64,000 bases of DNA from Candidatus Zixiibacteriota bacterium (GTDB lineage Bacteria; Zixibacteria; MSB-5A5; UBA10806; 4484-95): positions 57,059 through 121,058 of the forward strand of contig JAOZPT010000001.1 of the NCBI GenBank assembly GCA_029932605.1, read 5' to 3'. Below, in pieces: positions 10,788 through 20,782 of this stretch. Numbering within the stretch: position 1 is the first letter of the stretch; each line of letters begins with the position of its first letter. The notes beneath the pieces were generated by a model. That model did no database searches, was not told the origin of the DNA, and saw only the letters and a list, made by a program, of their open reading frames with translations. A program made the translations under genes and the position numbers.

Positions 10788-10939
10788 GAGCAATTATAGA
10801 AGATAAGTTTCGGAAACGGCCGAGAAAAAACCTGAAAGAATTGTTTATATTTAGTTATCTGCTTATAGCTTTTGGAGCCTATTTCCTTTCGTTGGTACTT
10901 TCACGTATAGAAAGGATAAAAGCGTTATTTGGCTTATGA
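10784..10939 (+). CDS. Small single-TM protein, 51 aa (not in ORF track)
   Basis: MRAIIEDKFRKRPRKNLKELFIFSYLLIAFGAYFLSLVLSRIERIKALFGL. GTGA overlap with the upstream stop and ATGA overlap with the downstream start; it fills the gap exactly. Confidence 0.6.
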   Translation: MRAIIEDKFRKRPRKNLKELFIFSYLLIAFGAYFLSLVLSRIERIKALFGL

Positions 10940-12822
10940 AGTTTATTATTGATTTACTTTTTGGCATTCTATTTAGCATGTCGTTAGGGGGGTTAGGGGT
11001 TGTTTTCTTCAGGCGGATTTTAAAGACCGAGATCGATTTCTTCAGGGGATTTTTTACTGGATGTGGGATAGCGGTAGTAGTGTTATTTGTCGGTGGTCTT
11101 TTGGGCTTATTCGGCAGGACTTTCTTTTTTATATTTATAATTTTAATTTTTATTTTTGCCATACCGGGGAGGAGAAAGTTTTTCACTTACAAGTTTATTG
11201 TTAACCGGAAATACATTTTGCCTTTGATATTGTTAGCATTGGTTTTGGTTATCACCGGCTTATCATCTCTTTCTCCGCCTATCAAGAACGATACTTTGTA
11301 TTACCATCTGGGATTGCCGAAACTATGGTCGATTGATGGTTATTTCAATTTTTACCCGACCATAGTTTTTTCCGCAACCGCCTTGAACTCGGAGCTTTTG
11401 TTGACACCTATTCTGTCAGTGGTTTCTCCTGAGGCGGCTCAGTTCTTTGTATTTTTAGTTGGTTTGATGGTCATTTTTCTTCTTGGCGATGGTTTTTCCC
11501 GCTTTACCGGTGGTTCCAAGGCGCTGGCTGTTTTATCGCTTTCCGTGGTTCCCCTTTTCATAAGTGGCATGGCAGATGCTAAAAACGATTATCTTGCCGC
11601 TGGTTTTTCCCTTATGTCAGCACTGTTTTATTTTGATTATCTGAAAAGATATAATCCTGGATTTATTTTGTTGGCTGGCATCTTTGCTGGCCTGGCAGCG
11701 GGGACCAAGACCAATGCTTTAATCTTCGTCATGGCTATGTTCATCGTGATTGTCCTTTCACGTCATCGATTAAAGGATATTATTCTTTTTCTGGTTGGAA
11801 CATTGGTCTTCGGTTTCCCCTGGTATCTCAAAGCATACATCGAAACCGGAAACCCGTTTTTCCCTTTCTATGACAACATATTTCATTCTCCATATTGGCG
11901 CGAGATTTTCGACGGTTTCAATAGAGTCACATTGCCCGAGGTTGAACATAAAAGCATCTTGAACTTTATAACTTCTCCGTTCAGGTTGGTTTATTTTCCA
12001 GATGTTTTCAGGGGGAGATTGGGGCCCCTGTTATTTATGCTTTTACCTTTATTATTATTTATCAGGAAAATACCGGGAGTGGTTTTCAAAGCCCTGTTTA
12101 TTTCAGCTGCATTTTATATCCTGTGGTATCTGGTTTCCGCCAATGCCCGATACATGATGCCTATTGTACCTCTATTAGCCCTGTTAGCTGCATATGTCAT
12201 GGACAGGTTTATAAGCATAAGCAGATCGTCTGGCTTAGTTATCATTTGTACTTTAACCCTGTTATTGGCAGTAAACGGCGTTCAGGTATTCCGTGATGGA
12301 TTTAGTCGAGCAAAGGCTGCTGTTGGGATTATTGAATACGATGAGTTTTTGCACAAGATAGAAGTGTTAGATCCGAATGACGTTTCATCTTCAACAAGAT
12401 GTCTCGCCATACCTTATTATGATATATGGCAATTTATCAACGTCACCGCTGGGGATGATGCTGTTGTAGGAATATTGTGCTCAAACTGGAACCGGGCTGA
12501 TGGTTTTTACCTCGATCGTCACTTTCTTCTTTTAAACCCCACTGAACAGGTTGAGGTTGATTTTTCTGGACGTAGATATAACCTAATATCGTCGTTAGTA
12601 AAGCATAAAGTGAATTATGTTTTGATAGACAATCTTGTAGTTGAGGAGTTTTCTGCCGGGTCAACTTTTACTGAGGCACCGGGCTTTAAAATTTTTAAGC
12701 AGGGGGTTACAGATTTCGTTGACATTGTAAAAGAAAACGGTCAATTGGTTTATTTAACTGACCGCTTCGAGTTATACAAATTATCAATGGAAAACGTTAT
12801 TTTAAAAGCAACATCTTCTTGA
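10936..12822 (+). CDS. GT-C-type polytopic membrane glycosyltransferase
   Basis: PPIKNDTLYYHLGLPK loop, KND, AGLAAGTK, PWYLK.YIETGNPFFP and RY.MP motifs, more than 10 hydrophobic segments, and a soluble C-terminal domain. Confidence 0.75.
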   Translation: MKFIIDLLFGILFSMSLGGLGVVFFRRILKTEIDFFRGFFTGCGIAVVVLFVGGLLGLFGRTFFFIFIILIFIFAIPGRRKFFTYKFIVNRKYILPLILLALVLVITGLSSLSPPIKNDTLYYHLGLPKLWSIDGYFNFYPTIVFSATALNSELLLTPILSVVSPEAAQFFVFLVGLMVIFLLGDGFSRFTGGSKALAVLSLSVVPLFISGMADAKNDYLAAGFSLMSALFYFDYLKRYNPGFILLAGIFAGLAAGTKTNALIFVMAMFIVIVLSRHRLKDIILFLVGTLVFGFPWYLKAYIETGNPFFPFYDNIFHSPYWREIFDGFNRVTLPEVEHKSILNFITSPFRLVYFPDVFRGRLGPLLFMLLPLLLFIRKIPGVVFKALFISAAFYILWYLVSANARYMMPIVPLLALLAAYVMDRFISISRSSGLVIICTLTLLLAVNGVQVFRDGFSRAKAAVGIIEYDEFLHKIEVLDPNDVSSSTRCLAIPYYDIWQFINVTAGDDAVVGILCSNWNRADGFYLDRHFLLLNPTEQVEVDFSGRRYNLISSLVKHKVNYVLIDNLVVEEFSAGSTFTEAPGFKIFKQGVTDFVDIVKENGQLVYLTDRFELYKLSMENVILKATSS

Positions 12823-15232
12823 TAAGCTCTTTATTTTCGGTTTTTAATCTGTATAGATATGTACCGCTGGCAACTTGCTTTCCGCTTGAGTTATTGCCAT
12901 CCCATTTGATGAGGTGATTGCCGGATGGGTAGGTGTTATCTGCTAAAGTTGTAACTTTTCTGCCAGCGATGTCTAATATATCTATCTTAATATGTGATGG
13001 TTCACCTGTTGCGAATCGAATTTCCGTGCAGTAATTAAAAGGATTGGGATAATTTTTCCCAAGGTATATTTCACCAGGGATAATGTTTTTATCATCGGTA
13101 TTTGATTGGTTGCTTACATTAATGGTATCGACATCAGGAACCATGTCCTTGGCATCAGCGGTAAGATACATCTGTCCGCCATAAGCCAAGACAAAGGGAA
13201 TCTCAATTTCTCCATTGGCATCGGTAGTACCCCGATAGTAGAGCTCACCAGGTTTCCAGGCGCAGACCATTACATCGGTTGCTGGGCCATTTGGAGTGGA
13301 TACTGAAACGGTTATGGAGTTACAGTTTATATCGATTTGATTGGGAGCATTGATTGTAAGCGGAACGGGGGTTTTAGTCCATATCTCCATTTCAGGATCG
13401 CCGAATAGGTTATGACCATAGGTGATATCCCGATAGCTCGAATAATATATTTTCGATAATGCTTCAGCGATAGCCAAGTGGCTGGCGGAATCGGAGAATA
13501 CATATTCAATAAATTTACCTTCCATACGGAATGATGCTAATACCCAGCCCCACCGGGTATTGCCAAGATATCCCACACCAGCGCGATGCGGTAAGAGTAA
13601 AAAAGATTCCATAAGCGTATTTTCTGAAAGGAATGGTCCAGGGCGGAGGATCTCTTTGTCAAAATCGAAAGCTGCGTTTTCACAGCTGATTGAGTAATGT
13701 ATAGAATATTTGTCACTCTCATCCAATAGCGCTAGGGCACATGAACCATCACCATCGGGGATAAAGTCTCCAAATAGGAAGGAACGAGGTGGTATGTTAT
13801 ATCCGGGAGCCATTGTTGTGTAATGGTATGGAGACCCGTGATTAAGGTTTGATGTAAAGCCCCAACCTTCATTAAGAACCTCGATAACCATTTCAGCGGT
13901 TGGTTGGGTAGGGTTTTGCGAGCCACCACTTGGTTCTTCGGCACAACTTGAGATGTCAACAAGGAAATTATCCGGCATCAGACCAGCCAACGAGACATGT
14001 TCATTTAAATCTCTCATCTGGTCGGCTACGATAATGAGTCCCTTTGTGAGGTAAGAAAAATCGCCATTGCCCGGGTTCTGTTCATATAAAAGTGCTTTTT
14101 CCACCCATGTTTCCGCTTCCTCCAAACTAACTACAGGGACTCTTCCCACATACAATTCAGGGTAAATATCCGGCTGGTCATGATTCGGTTCACCGTAAAC
14201 ACCATCGCCATCATAATCCCAATTTCCGGTAAGGTCAGAGTAGTATAAATCACAAATCTGCTGATTGCTTAATGGCGGAGTTGAGATAACATTGCCGTGA
14301 TAGGCATAACGGATGGGGATGACATCCTCATCACCGCCCAGTAATACCCACATTGCACCATTATTGTAAGCCTCCTGAAGATACGCTCTTAATTGGGCTG
14401 GTTGATCCTCTCCTGAATAGTTTTGCAGGATTTCCTCTATCAGCACAAGCTCGGTTAGGAGTCCTTTCTGGTTTTTCCAGGCTGCATATGGATAAAAAGC
14501 TGGAGCAATCTCAGCTGAGGTTATAATCAGATATTCAGCTCCAATACCTAATGTGAATTCCCCGGGAATACCGTCATCGCCTTTAAAGAAAGAACCAATA
14601 ATTGGAGTTTGGAAGTCAGCGGGGTTGTCAAGCATATTCCTAACCTGATTTGCGGCCTTAGGTAACGATCCGGTTAAGTTTGTGAAATGGTCAATAAGAT
14701 CGATATGGATGTTGATTTCACCAATTAAGAACATCTCACCTTTAACAGGATTGAACTGAAGAGGATATACAGCTATTGCGGTTAAGTGTTGTGGTCCCAT
14801 CATACCCTCGTTTATTAGTTCAGCATACTTTCCGGGGAAAGTCTTATTGGACATGTAAATGTCCTGATTTTTTAAGGCTGGTTTGAATTTCTCAATGGTT
14901 CCGGTTTTAATGTCTCCTTCAAACCAAGCATATTCAATTCCCTGGGCTAATCTGCTAATATTTGAACCGGTAGCTGAAATAGAGCTGATTTTAGTATTTT
15001 CAGGTAGAGCTAATCTGATTATTTTGTATGGGATTTCGGGAGCGCCTTCAATTTCTATGAAGAAATCATCCTTTAGATTGTATCTAACCCCCGTATCAGT
15101 ACTTTCAACGGAAATTTCATTTTGATCAGTTGTAACTCTGTAGTCAAATTTATCTTTAGCAGAGGCTGAGAGCGCTAATACGTTGATTATTATAAAGATA
15201 TTTATAATGTAATTTTTAAATCCGCTAAACAT
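12797..15232 (-). CDS. Peptidase C25 (gingipain-like cysteine protease) with propeptide, Ig-like region and FlgD/T9SS-like C-terminal domain
   Basis: Signal peptide; propeptide (GAPEIP, YPLQFNPV); YLIIT...WKNQKG, VLLGGD, DLYY..L.G.WD and PELYVGR; catalytic NHG and SC; LFGDP; tail NYPNPFN...WDG...GKQVASGTYLY...KMLLLK. Confidence 0.9.
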   Translation of the reverse strand: MFSGFKNYIINIFIIINVLALSASAKDKFDYRVTTDQNEISVESTDTGVRYNLKDDFFIEIEGAPEIPYKIIRLALPENTKISSISATGSNISRLAQGIEYAWFEGDIKTGTIEKFKPALKNQDIYMSNKTFPGKYAELINEGMMGPQHLTAIAVYPLQFNPVKGEMFLIGEINIHIDLIDHFTNLTGSLPKAANQVRNMLDNPADFQTPIIGSFFKGDDGIPGEFTLGIGAEYLIITSAEIAPAFYPYAAWKNQKGLLTELVLIEEILQNYSGEDQPAQLRAYLQEAYNNGAMWVLLGGDEDVIPIRYAYHGNVISTPPLSNQQICDLYYSDLTGNWDYDGDGVYGEPNHDQPDIYPELYVGRVPVVSLEEAETWVEKALLYEQNPGNGDFSYLTKGLIIVADQMRDLNEHVSLAGLMPDNFLVDISSCAEEPSGGSQNPTQPTAEMVIEVLNEGWGFTSNLNHGSPYHYTTMAPGYNIPPRSFLFGDFIPDGDGSCALALLDESDKYSIHYSISCENAAFDFDKEILRPGPFLSENTLMESFLLLPHRAGVGYLGNTRWGWVLASFRMEGKFIEYVFSDSASHLAIAEALSKIYYSSYRDITYGHNLFGDPEMEIWTKTPVPLTINAPNQIDINCNSITVSVSTPNGPATDVMVCAWKPGELYYRGTTDANGEIEIPFVLAYGGQMYLTADAKDMVPDVDTINVSNQSNTDDKNIIPGEIYLGKNYPNPFNYCTEIRFATGEPSHIKIDILDIAGRKVTTLADNTYPSGNHLIKWDGNNSSGKQVASGTYLYRLKTENKELIKKMLLLK

Positions 15233-15287
15233 TTTCCCCTCCTTAAGCCAGTTTGGATTGCTAATGCGTTTTTACTTAGGGGTTATT

Positions 15288-15303
15288 TGCAAAGGTTATG
15301 CCA
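15288..15303 (-). promoter_or_regulatory. sigma54-type (-24/-12) promoter for the C25 protease gene
   Basis: Minus strand reads TGGCATAACCTTTGCA against consensus TGGCACG-N4-TTGCW with correct spacing. It lies about 55 nt upstream of the ATG, which has an AAGGAGG RBS. Confidence 0.7.
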
Positions 15304-15488
15304 TGAGAAGAATTACTGTTTTAAAATGGAACATTATGTAAGTTTATGTTATTTGGTGTGATATAAAGGAATTTTTTGATAGAATTTGGTTTTTAATGAT
15401 ATGAACCTCTAAAAATATTGGGTGGTTACAATACTTTTTGTTGTAGCCCTATATCTTTAAATAGACTATAAGATATATAATTTTTTTC

Positions 15489-15533
15489 TTGACAGTTGTG
15501 GTTTGTAGGAATAGTATTGTGGGAGTTTGTGGG
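15489..15533 (+). promoter_or_regulatory. sigma70 promoter of the dcw cluster with MraZ-box-like repeats
   Basis: TTGACA (15489) - 17 nt - TAGTAT (15512). GTGG/GTGGG repeats at 15498, 15519 and 15529, the last two 10 bp apart. Confidence 0.75.
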
Positions 15534-15553
15534 TTAAAAAGGAGATTTTTATC

Positions 15554-15988
15554 TTGGCTGGCTTTAAGGGTTCATACAAACATATAATCGACCAAAAAGG
15601 GAGGATAAATATACCTGCAAAGTTTCGTCGGGCGCCTGGTACACCGGAGAGTTATGTTGTAACCAGAGGTCTAAACGGGTGCTTATATGTTTTTCCTGTT
15701 GACGAGTGGGAGAAAGTGGAGGTTAAGCTTCGTTCTCTTAAACAGACGGACCCTGATGCTCTTTATTATTTAAGAAAAACCCTCCCCAATACAAATGATG
15801 TCCAGGTTGACAAGCAGGGCCGAATCAACATTCCCTCGAATTTAATAAAGTTGGCAGGTTTAGAAAAAGAAGTACTGATTATTGGGGCACTTGACAGGAT
15901 GGAGATATGGTCTCCTGATAATTTTAAGAAGTATTTAGAGGAATGTCCTAAAACCTATGAGGAGGTGGCCAGAGAAATACTTATCTAA
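15554..15988 (+). CDS. mraZ: Transcriptional regulator MraZ
   Basis: Two D.KGR.NIP / DKQGRINIP repeats and IG.LDR.EIW. TTG start at 15554 chosen because of the AAGGAG RBS upstream. Confidence 0.95.
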   Translation: MAGFKGSYKHIIDQKGRINIPAKFRRAPGTPESYVVTRGLNGCLYVFPVDEWEKVEVKLRSLKQTDPDALYYLRKTLPNTNDVQVDKQGRINIPSNLIKLAGLEKEVLIIGALDRMEIWSPDNFKKYLEECPKTYEEVAREILI

Positions 15989-16916
15989 AAGAGTGCATCT
16001 TCCAGTAATGGCAGGGGAGGTTGTTGGTTTACTTAAAAACTGTCCAAGTGGGGTATTTATTGATGCTACCATTGCTGAAGGTGGCCACACATTAGCAGTA
16101 TACGATGCTTATGGTGACCATTTTAGATATTTCGGATTTGACCTCAACAGTAGGGTTCTTGATTTTGCACGAAAAGAATTTGACTCTGTTTGTTTGGATG
16201 CCGAGCTGGTCAAGCTGAATTTTTCTGAAATTGCTTTATTTTTACAAAGGAGGGAAATAGACTCGATAAGCGCAGTTTTATTCGACCTTGGAACAAGTTC
16301 GTATCAAATCGAGAAACCAGGGCAGGGATTTTCCTACCTTAAAGATGGGCCACTAAATTTGTCATTTAACGACGATGAAAAGATGGCAGCGGCAAACCTT
16401 ATAGAGAATTTAAGTGAGAAGGAACTAACCGATGTTATCAGGTTATATGGACAAGAGGTAAAAGCGAAAAGATTGGCCCAAGCCATGAAAAGTTCACCTA
16501 AAAAAATAAAAACTACCGCTCAGCTTTCAGGAGTAATCCGTTCTGTTGTCGGAGACAGGTATTTTGTAAAAACCGCCGCCAGAGTATTTCAGGCTTTGAG
16601 GATCAAGGTCAATGATGAGCTTGGAAATATACAAAAAAGCCTTGAAAGCATCATTCCGATTCTGGTGACGGGAGGGAGGGTGATTGTGATATCTTATCAC
16701 TCACTTGAAGATGGCCTTGTTAAAAAGATATTTAAGAAATATTCTGGTAGATGTGTTTGTCCATCGAATGTTTTAGAGTGTCGGTGTGGCAAACAGAAGC
16801 TTGTCCGACCTGTGCATTCTAAACCTCTTTATCCTAGCCGGGTTGAGGTTGCAAGAAATCCCAGGGCTAGGTCTGCGAAATTGAGGGTAGTTGAGAAAGT
16901 TGCGTTTACATCATAA
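15957..16916 (+). CDS. rsmH: 16S rRNA m4C1402 methyltransferase
   Basis: HLPVM, DAT...GGH, FDLG.SS.Q, FQALRI.VNDEL, ISYHSLED and NPRARSAKLR motifs. Confidence 0.95.
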   Translation: MRRWPEKYLSKRVHLPVMAGEVVGLLKNCPSGVFIDATIAEGGHTLAVYDAYGDHFRYFGFDLNSRVLDFARKEFDSVCLDAELVKLNFSEIALFLQRREIDSISAVLFDLGTSSYQIEKPGQGFSYLKDGPLNLSFNDDEKMAAANLIENLSEKELTDVIRLYGQEVKAKRLAQAMKSSPKKIKTTAQLSGVIRSVVGDRYFVKTAARVFQALRIKVNDELGNIQKSLESIIPILVTGGRVIVISYHSLEDGLVKKIFKKYSGRCVCPSNVLECRCGKQKLVRPVHSKPLYPSRVEVARNPRARSAKLRVVEKVAFTS

Positions 16917-17277
16917 AAAAAACAGGTTTTTTAAGCAATTTAGATTGATAATTCCGGCAATATTTGCCCTGGCGATTGTATGGGTCTGGAAATCGACTAT
17001 GGCTGATAAATTCTCTCGCATGCTGACTGAACTTGACCAGACAAGAAAGGAATTAATTGAAGAAAATAAACGGTTAAAGGTTAAGCTTGAACGTTACAGC
17101 TCTATTTCTTGGATAGATAGCTGTGCTTGCTACAAGTATGGTATGACATATAATGTGAAGAAGCGTATTGTTGTATTTGATAATCCTAAAGAAGAAACAA
17201 AAAAAGATCGGAGCCTTTTTGCAGGATTGGGTAATGTAGCGGGTGAAATATTGAAGAAGTTAAAAGGTGAAAAATGA
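16891..17277 (+). CDS. ftsL: Cell division protein FtsL-like
   Basis: Basic N-terminus, single TM and coiled coil; located between rsmH and ftsI. Confidence 0.65.
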   Translation: MRKLRLHHKKNRFFKQFRLIIPAIFALAIVWVWKSTMADKFSRMLTELDQTRKELIEENKRLKVKLERYSSISWIDSCACYKYGMTYNVKKRIVVFDNPKEETKKDRSLFAGLGNVAGEILKKLKGEK

Positions 17278-19259
17278 GCGGCCTGAGAGGTTCGATATCT
17301 AAATCAAGAATCCTTTTTTTAAAGATAACGATAATTGTAGCTTGGGCGGTTTTCATTGGGAGGTTGATATGCCTTCAATTTATAGACAGAGAAAAATTTA
17401 TTCAGGCTGCCAATGACCAACAAAATCTTGTTATCGATATTCAGTCCAAACGAGGAATCATTTATGACCGTAACTATAGAGTTTTAGCCCAGGATATCGA
17501 TTCTTATTCGTATTATGTTGTTCCTGAAGAGATTAATGACAGAAAAAAAGCAGAACGGCTTTTGAGAGAAATAACTGGAAAATCTGGTTGGGAAAAGAAA
17601 TTTGAAAAGTATCCGAAATTTCTATGGGTTGCCAGAAAGACCTCCCCCGAATTAAAAGGTTATTTTGATAGTTCCGGCATAGAGTCTTTAAATTATGTTA
17701 TTGAGCCCAAAAGGATATACCCATCCGGTAATCTGGCTTTTTCTTTGTTGGGCAGAGTAGATATAGATAACAACGGTCTTTCTGGACTTGAATTACAGTA
17801 TAACGATATACTTTCTGGTAAGAGTGGGAAAGATATTTTACGTCGTGATGGTTTGGGATATAGTTACTTGTTCAATGAAAAGCCCCTGGTTGAACCGCAT
17901 CCGGGTCTAGACATGGTAACGACGATAGACCTTGACCTTCAACAGATAGTTGAGCAGGAATTGGTGACCGCTCTTGCAGAAAACAACGCTGCTTTTGCCA
18001 TCGGTCTGTTTATCGAGGTGGGTACGGGAGAGATCCTTGCTTGCGCAGTTTTAGATAGCCTGGGAAAGCACTCGTCGCGCAACAGAACGATTACCGATCA
18101 ATATGAACCCGGTTCCACCTTCAAAATCATTACGGCGGCTATAGCTCTTTCGAGTGGATTGTTTGAACCAGAAAACAAATTGTGCGTAGAAAACGGTAGG
18201 TTCCGGATCGGCGGGAGAATAATTAGAGATGACCATGAGTATGATACCCTTACTGTTGAGGATATCATTGTTTTTTCCTCTAATATTGGCGTGTCTAAAA
18301 TAGCTTGCAGATTAGGTGACCAACGTCTTTATAAGGCTATTAAGGAAGCTGGCTTCACGGTGCCTCAGGGAGTGGATTTCCCTGGTGAGGCTAAAGGATT
18401 TATTCAACATCCTGGTTGGAGGAAACATTATTTAGCCAGTATAAGTTTCGGACATGGAATTTCTGCTACGCCATTACAGATCGTTTCATTATACGGTGCT
18501 ATCGCCTCGGGTGGAGACCTTTACCGGCCGTATTTCGGCAAACAGATAATATATGAGGATGGCCATAAAGAGAGATTAAATCATGTTCACAAGGTCAGGA
18601 GTGTTTTTGATTCCAAAGTAGCAGCTACCTTAGCGGATTTCCTAAGACAAGTGGTAACAAGAGGTACTGCTACAAAGGCCTCTTCGGATATTGTCTCAAT
18701 TGCCGGTAAGACCGGAACAGCCTTAAAATTGAGAGATGATTTAAAGGGGTATGACCACCGCAAAGCTCAAGCTTCATTTGTAGGTTTTTTCCCTGCGGAT
18801 TTTCCTCGAGTGGTGGGGATTGTGTTTTTTGATGAACCAAAAAACTCTCGTTATGGGGGGATAACAGCGGCGCCGGTTTTTAAAAGGATTGCTGAGAGGT
18901 ATTGCACTTTACCCCGACAGATGGCACGATGGGCTATGGAGATGGAAAGTTGCAAAAGAAAAACATCGCCGAACGACAAAGTTGAATATATAACCGACAG
19001 GGTAAATTCAACAAACGATTGGCGCGGAGAGATGGTTAAACTTATCAATATCTCCGCTCGCTATTATGAAAATCAAGGAGATAAAAACCTTATCCCCGAT
19101 TTCAGAGGATTGACCCTCAGGCAGGCACTGACTTTGGCGGCTGATAAGGGTCTTAGATGTAAGTTCAGCGGTTCCGGGATTGTTACCGAGCAATTTCCTA
19201 GTGCCGGTAAAATATACAAGCCGGGGACGGTATTGGAATTGAGGTGTAAAAGCGGATGA
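17274..19259 (+). CDS. ftsI: Class B penicillin-binding protein (PBP3) with C-terminal PASTA domain
   Basis: RGIIYDRN, R.YP.G, GLE, STFK (SxxK), SSN (SxN), KTGT; PASTA-like IPDFRGLTLRQA...G.GIV.EQ.P. Confidence 0.93.
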   Translation: MSGLRGSISKSRILFLKITIIVAWAVFIGRLICLQFIDREKFIQAANDQQNLVIDIQSKRGIIYDRNYRVLAQDIDSYSYYVVPEEINDRKKAERLLREITGKSGWEKKFEKYPKFLWVARKTSPELKGYFDSSGIESLNYVIEPKRIYPSGNLAFSLLGRVDIDNNGLSGLELQYNDILSGKSGKDILRRDGLGYSYLFNEKPLVEPHPGLDMVTTIDLDLQQIVEQELVTALAENNAAFAIGLFIEVGTGEILACAVLDSLGKHSSRNRTITDQYEPGSTFKIITAAIALSSGLFEPENKLCVENGRFRIGGRIIRDDHEYDTLTVEDIIVFSSNIGVSKIACRLGDQRLYKAIKEAGFTVPQGVDFPGEAKGFIQHPGWRKHYLASISFGHGISATPLQIVSLYGAIASGGDLYRPYFGKQIIYEDGHKERLNHVHKVRSVFDSKVAATLADFLRQVVTRGTATKASSDIVSIAGKTGTALKLRDDLKGYDHRKAQASFVGFFPADFPRVVGIVFFDEPKNSRYGGITAAPVFKRIAERYCTLPRQMARWAMEMESCKRKTSPNDKVEYITDRVNSTNDWRGEMVKLINISARYYENQGDKNLIPDFRGLTLRQALTLAADKGLRCKFSGSGIVTEQFPSAGKIYKPGTVLELRCKSG

Positions 19260-20782
19260 ACCTTGCCTCGATAAATAATATGAAATCCGATTATAACCCT
19301 GTAAGCCTGGCAAAGTTGTTTGCCGGTCTTGATTGTGTTGTTGCCGGTGATTTTTCAGAGATGATGGTTACCGGCCTGGCAAACGATTCTCGCAAGGTGA
19401 AACCTGGAGATTTATTTTTCGCGGTGCCGGGTTTTGTTACCGATGGTAAAAAGTTCATTCCTGAGGCGGTATCGCTTGGAGCCACAGGGGTTGTTGTTCA
19501 ATCTGATGTTTCTGGTATCGAAGGAGTACCGGTAATAAAGTGTAAAGATATAAAGAGAACGATGTCGGTGGTGGCAAATCGCTTTTTCGATTTTCCCTCT
19601 ACAAGTTTACACATCGTTGGTGTTACAGGCACCAATGGCAAAACCACGGTCAGTTACCTTTTCACTCATATCATGGATTGTTGCGGAGAAAGATATGGTA
19701 GAATAGGAACTGTAGAATATTACACGGGCAAACGCACGGTTAACGCCTTGAATACTACACCCGATGCTTTGGAACTGCAAACGCTTTTGGCAGAGATGAG
19801 AGATTTCGGGATGAGCGGTTGTGTTATGGAGGTATCGTCCCATGCGCTCGAGCAGGGTAGATGCAATGATATGGAATTTACCGGAGCAGTTTTTACGAAC
19901 CTGACCCAAGACCATCTAGATTACCATAAGGATATGGAGAATTACCTTAAGGCGAAATCGATTTTATTTTCTGACCTTTTAAAAGAAGATGGCTTTGCAA
20001 TAATAAATATTGATGATCCGTATTCTGGGAAGATTAAAAGCCTTTGCCGTGGTAAGATCCTTACGTTTTCAGTGATTGGAAGTTCGAACCGGGCTTCAAC
20101 AGCTGATATAAAATTGATAGATGGTGGTTGCAAGGATAACATCCGGTATTTCGAGGTGACGTTTGGAAATAGAACGCTTAGCGGAAGCATGCCACTTTTG
20201 GGGAGGTTTAATTTGTCAAATGCAGCAGCGGCGATTGGAACTGCCATAAGTAGTGGATGCCATTTTGATGAGGCAATTGAGGCACTGAAAACCTCTCCCC
20301 AGGTTCCCGGGAGAGTCGAAAGAATTGATCTTGGTCAACCTTTCGAAGTGGTCGTGGATTACGCTCATACACCCGATGCCTTAAAAAACCTTCTTACGGG
20401 AGTTGAATCATCCGGCGAAAAGATCCTTGTTTTTGGTTGTGGCGGAAACCGAGATAAAACAAAACGTCCTATCATGGGCAAGATAGCGGTTGAGTTTGCT
20501 GATAGGGTAATCATAACCTCCGATAATCCTCGAAACGAGAGTCCGACGAGAATAATAAATGACATATTAAAAGGCATTTCGCAAAAGGAGGATTGTATCG
20601 TTGTTGAAGATAGGAATAATGCTATCAGCGAGGCTTTAAAGAAAGCTAAACCTGATGATTTGGTAATTATCGCTGGCAAAGGACATGAGGATTACCAGGT
20701 GGTGGGCAATAGAAGGATTTATTTTTCTGATGTAGATGTAGTAAAGAAATACCTGAAAAAAATGAGTCATGCGGGTTCTTGA
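19256..20782 (+). CDS. murE: UDP-MurNAc-tripeptide synthetase (meso-DAP type)
   Basis: GVTGTNGKTT, TTPDA, MEVSSHAL, DHLDYH, DYAHTPD, DNPR (meso-DAP specificity motif) and AGKGHEDYQ. Confidence 0.97.
   Translation: MNLASINNMKSDYNPVSLAKLFAGLDCVVAGDFSEMMVTGLANDSRKVKPGDLFFAVPGFVTDGKKFIPEAVSLGATGVVVQSDVSGIEGVPVIKCKDIKRTMSVVANRFFDFPSTSLHIVGVTGTNGKTTVSYLFTHIMDCCGERYGRIGTVEYYTGKRTVNALNTTPDALELQTLLAEMRDFGMSGCVMEVSSHALEQGRCNDMEFTGAVFTNLTQDHLDYHKDMENYLKAKSILFSDLLKEDGFAIINIDDPYSGKIKSLCRGKILTFSVIGSSNRASTADIKLIDGGCKDNIRYFEVTFGNRTLSGSMPLLGRFNLSNAAAAIGTAISSGCHFDEAIEALKTSPQVPGRVERIDLGQPFEVVVDYAHTPDALKNLLTGVESSGEKILVFGCGGNRDKTKRPIMGKIAVEFADRVIITSDNPRNESPTRIINDILKGISQKEDCIVVEDRNNAISEALKKAKPDDLVIIAGKGHEDYQVVGNRRIYFSDVDVVKKYLKKMSHAGS

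Noticed and set aside
12797..15232. C25 protein as the T9SS sortase PorU
   Set aside because: The gingipain-type propeptide and the 811-aa length fit a cargo protease better. A phylogeny would settle it.
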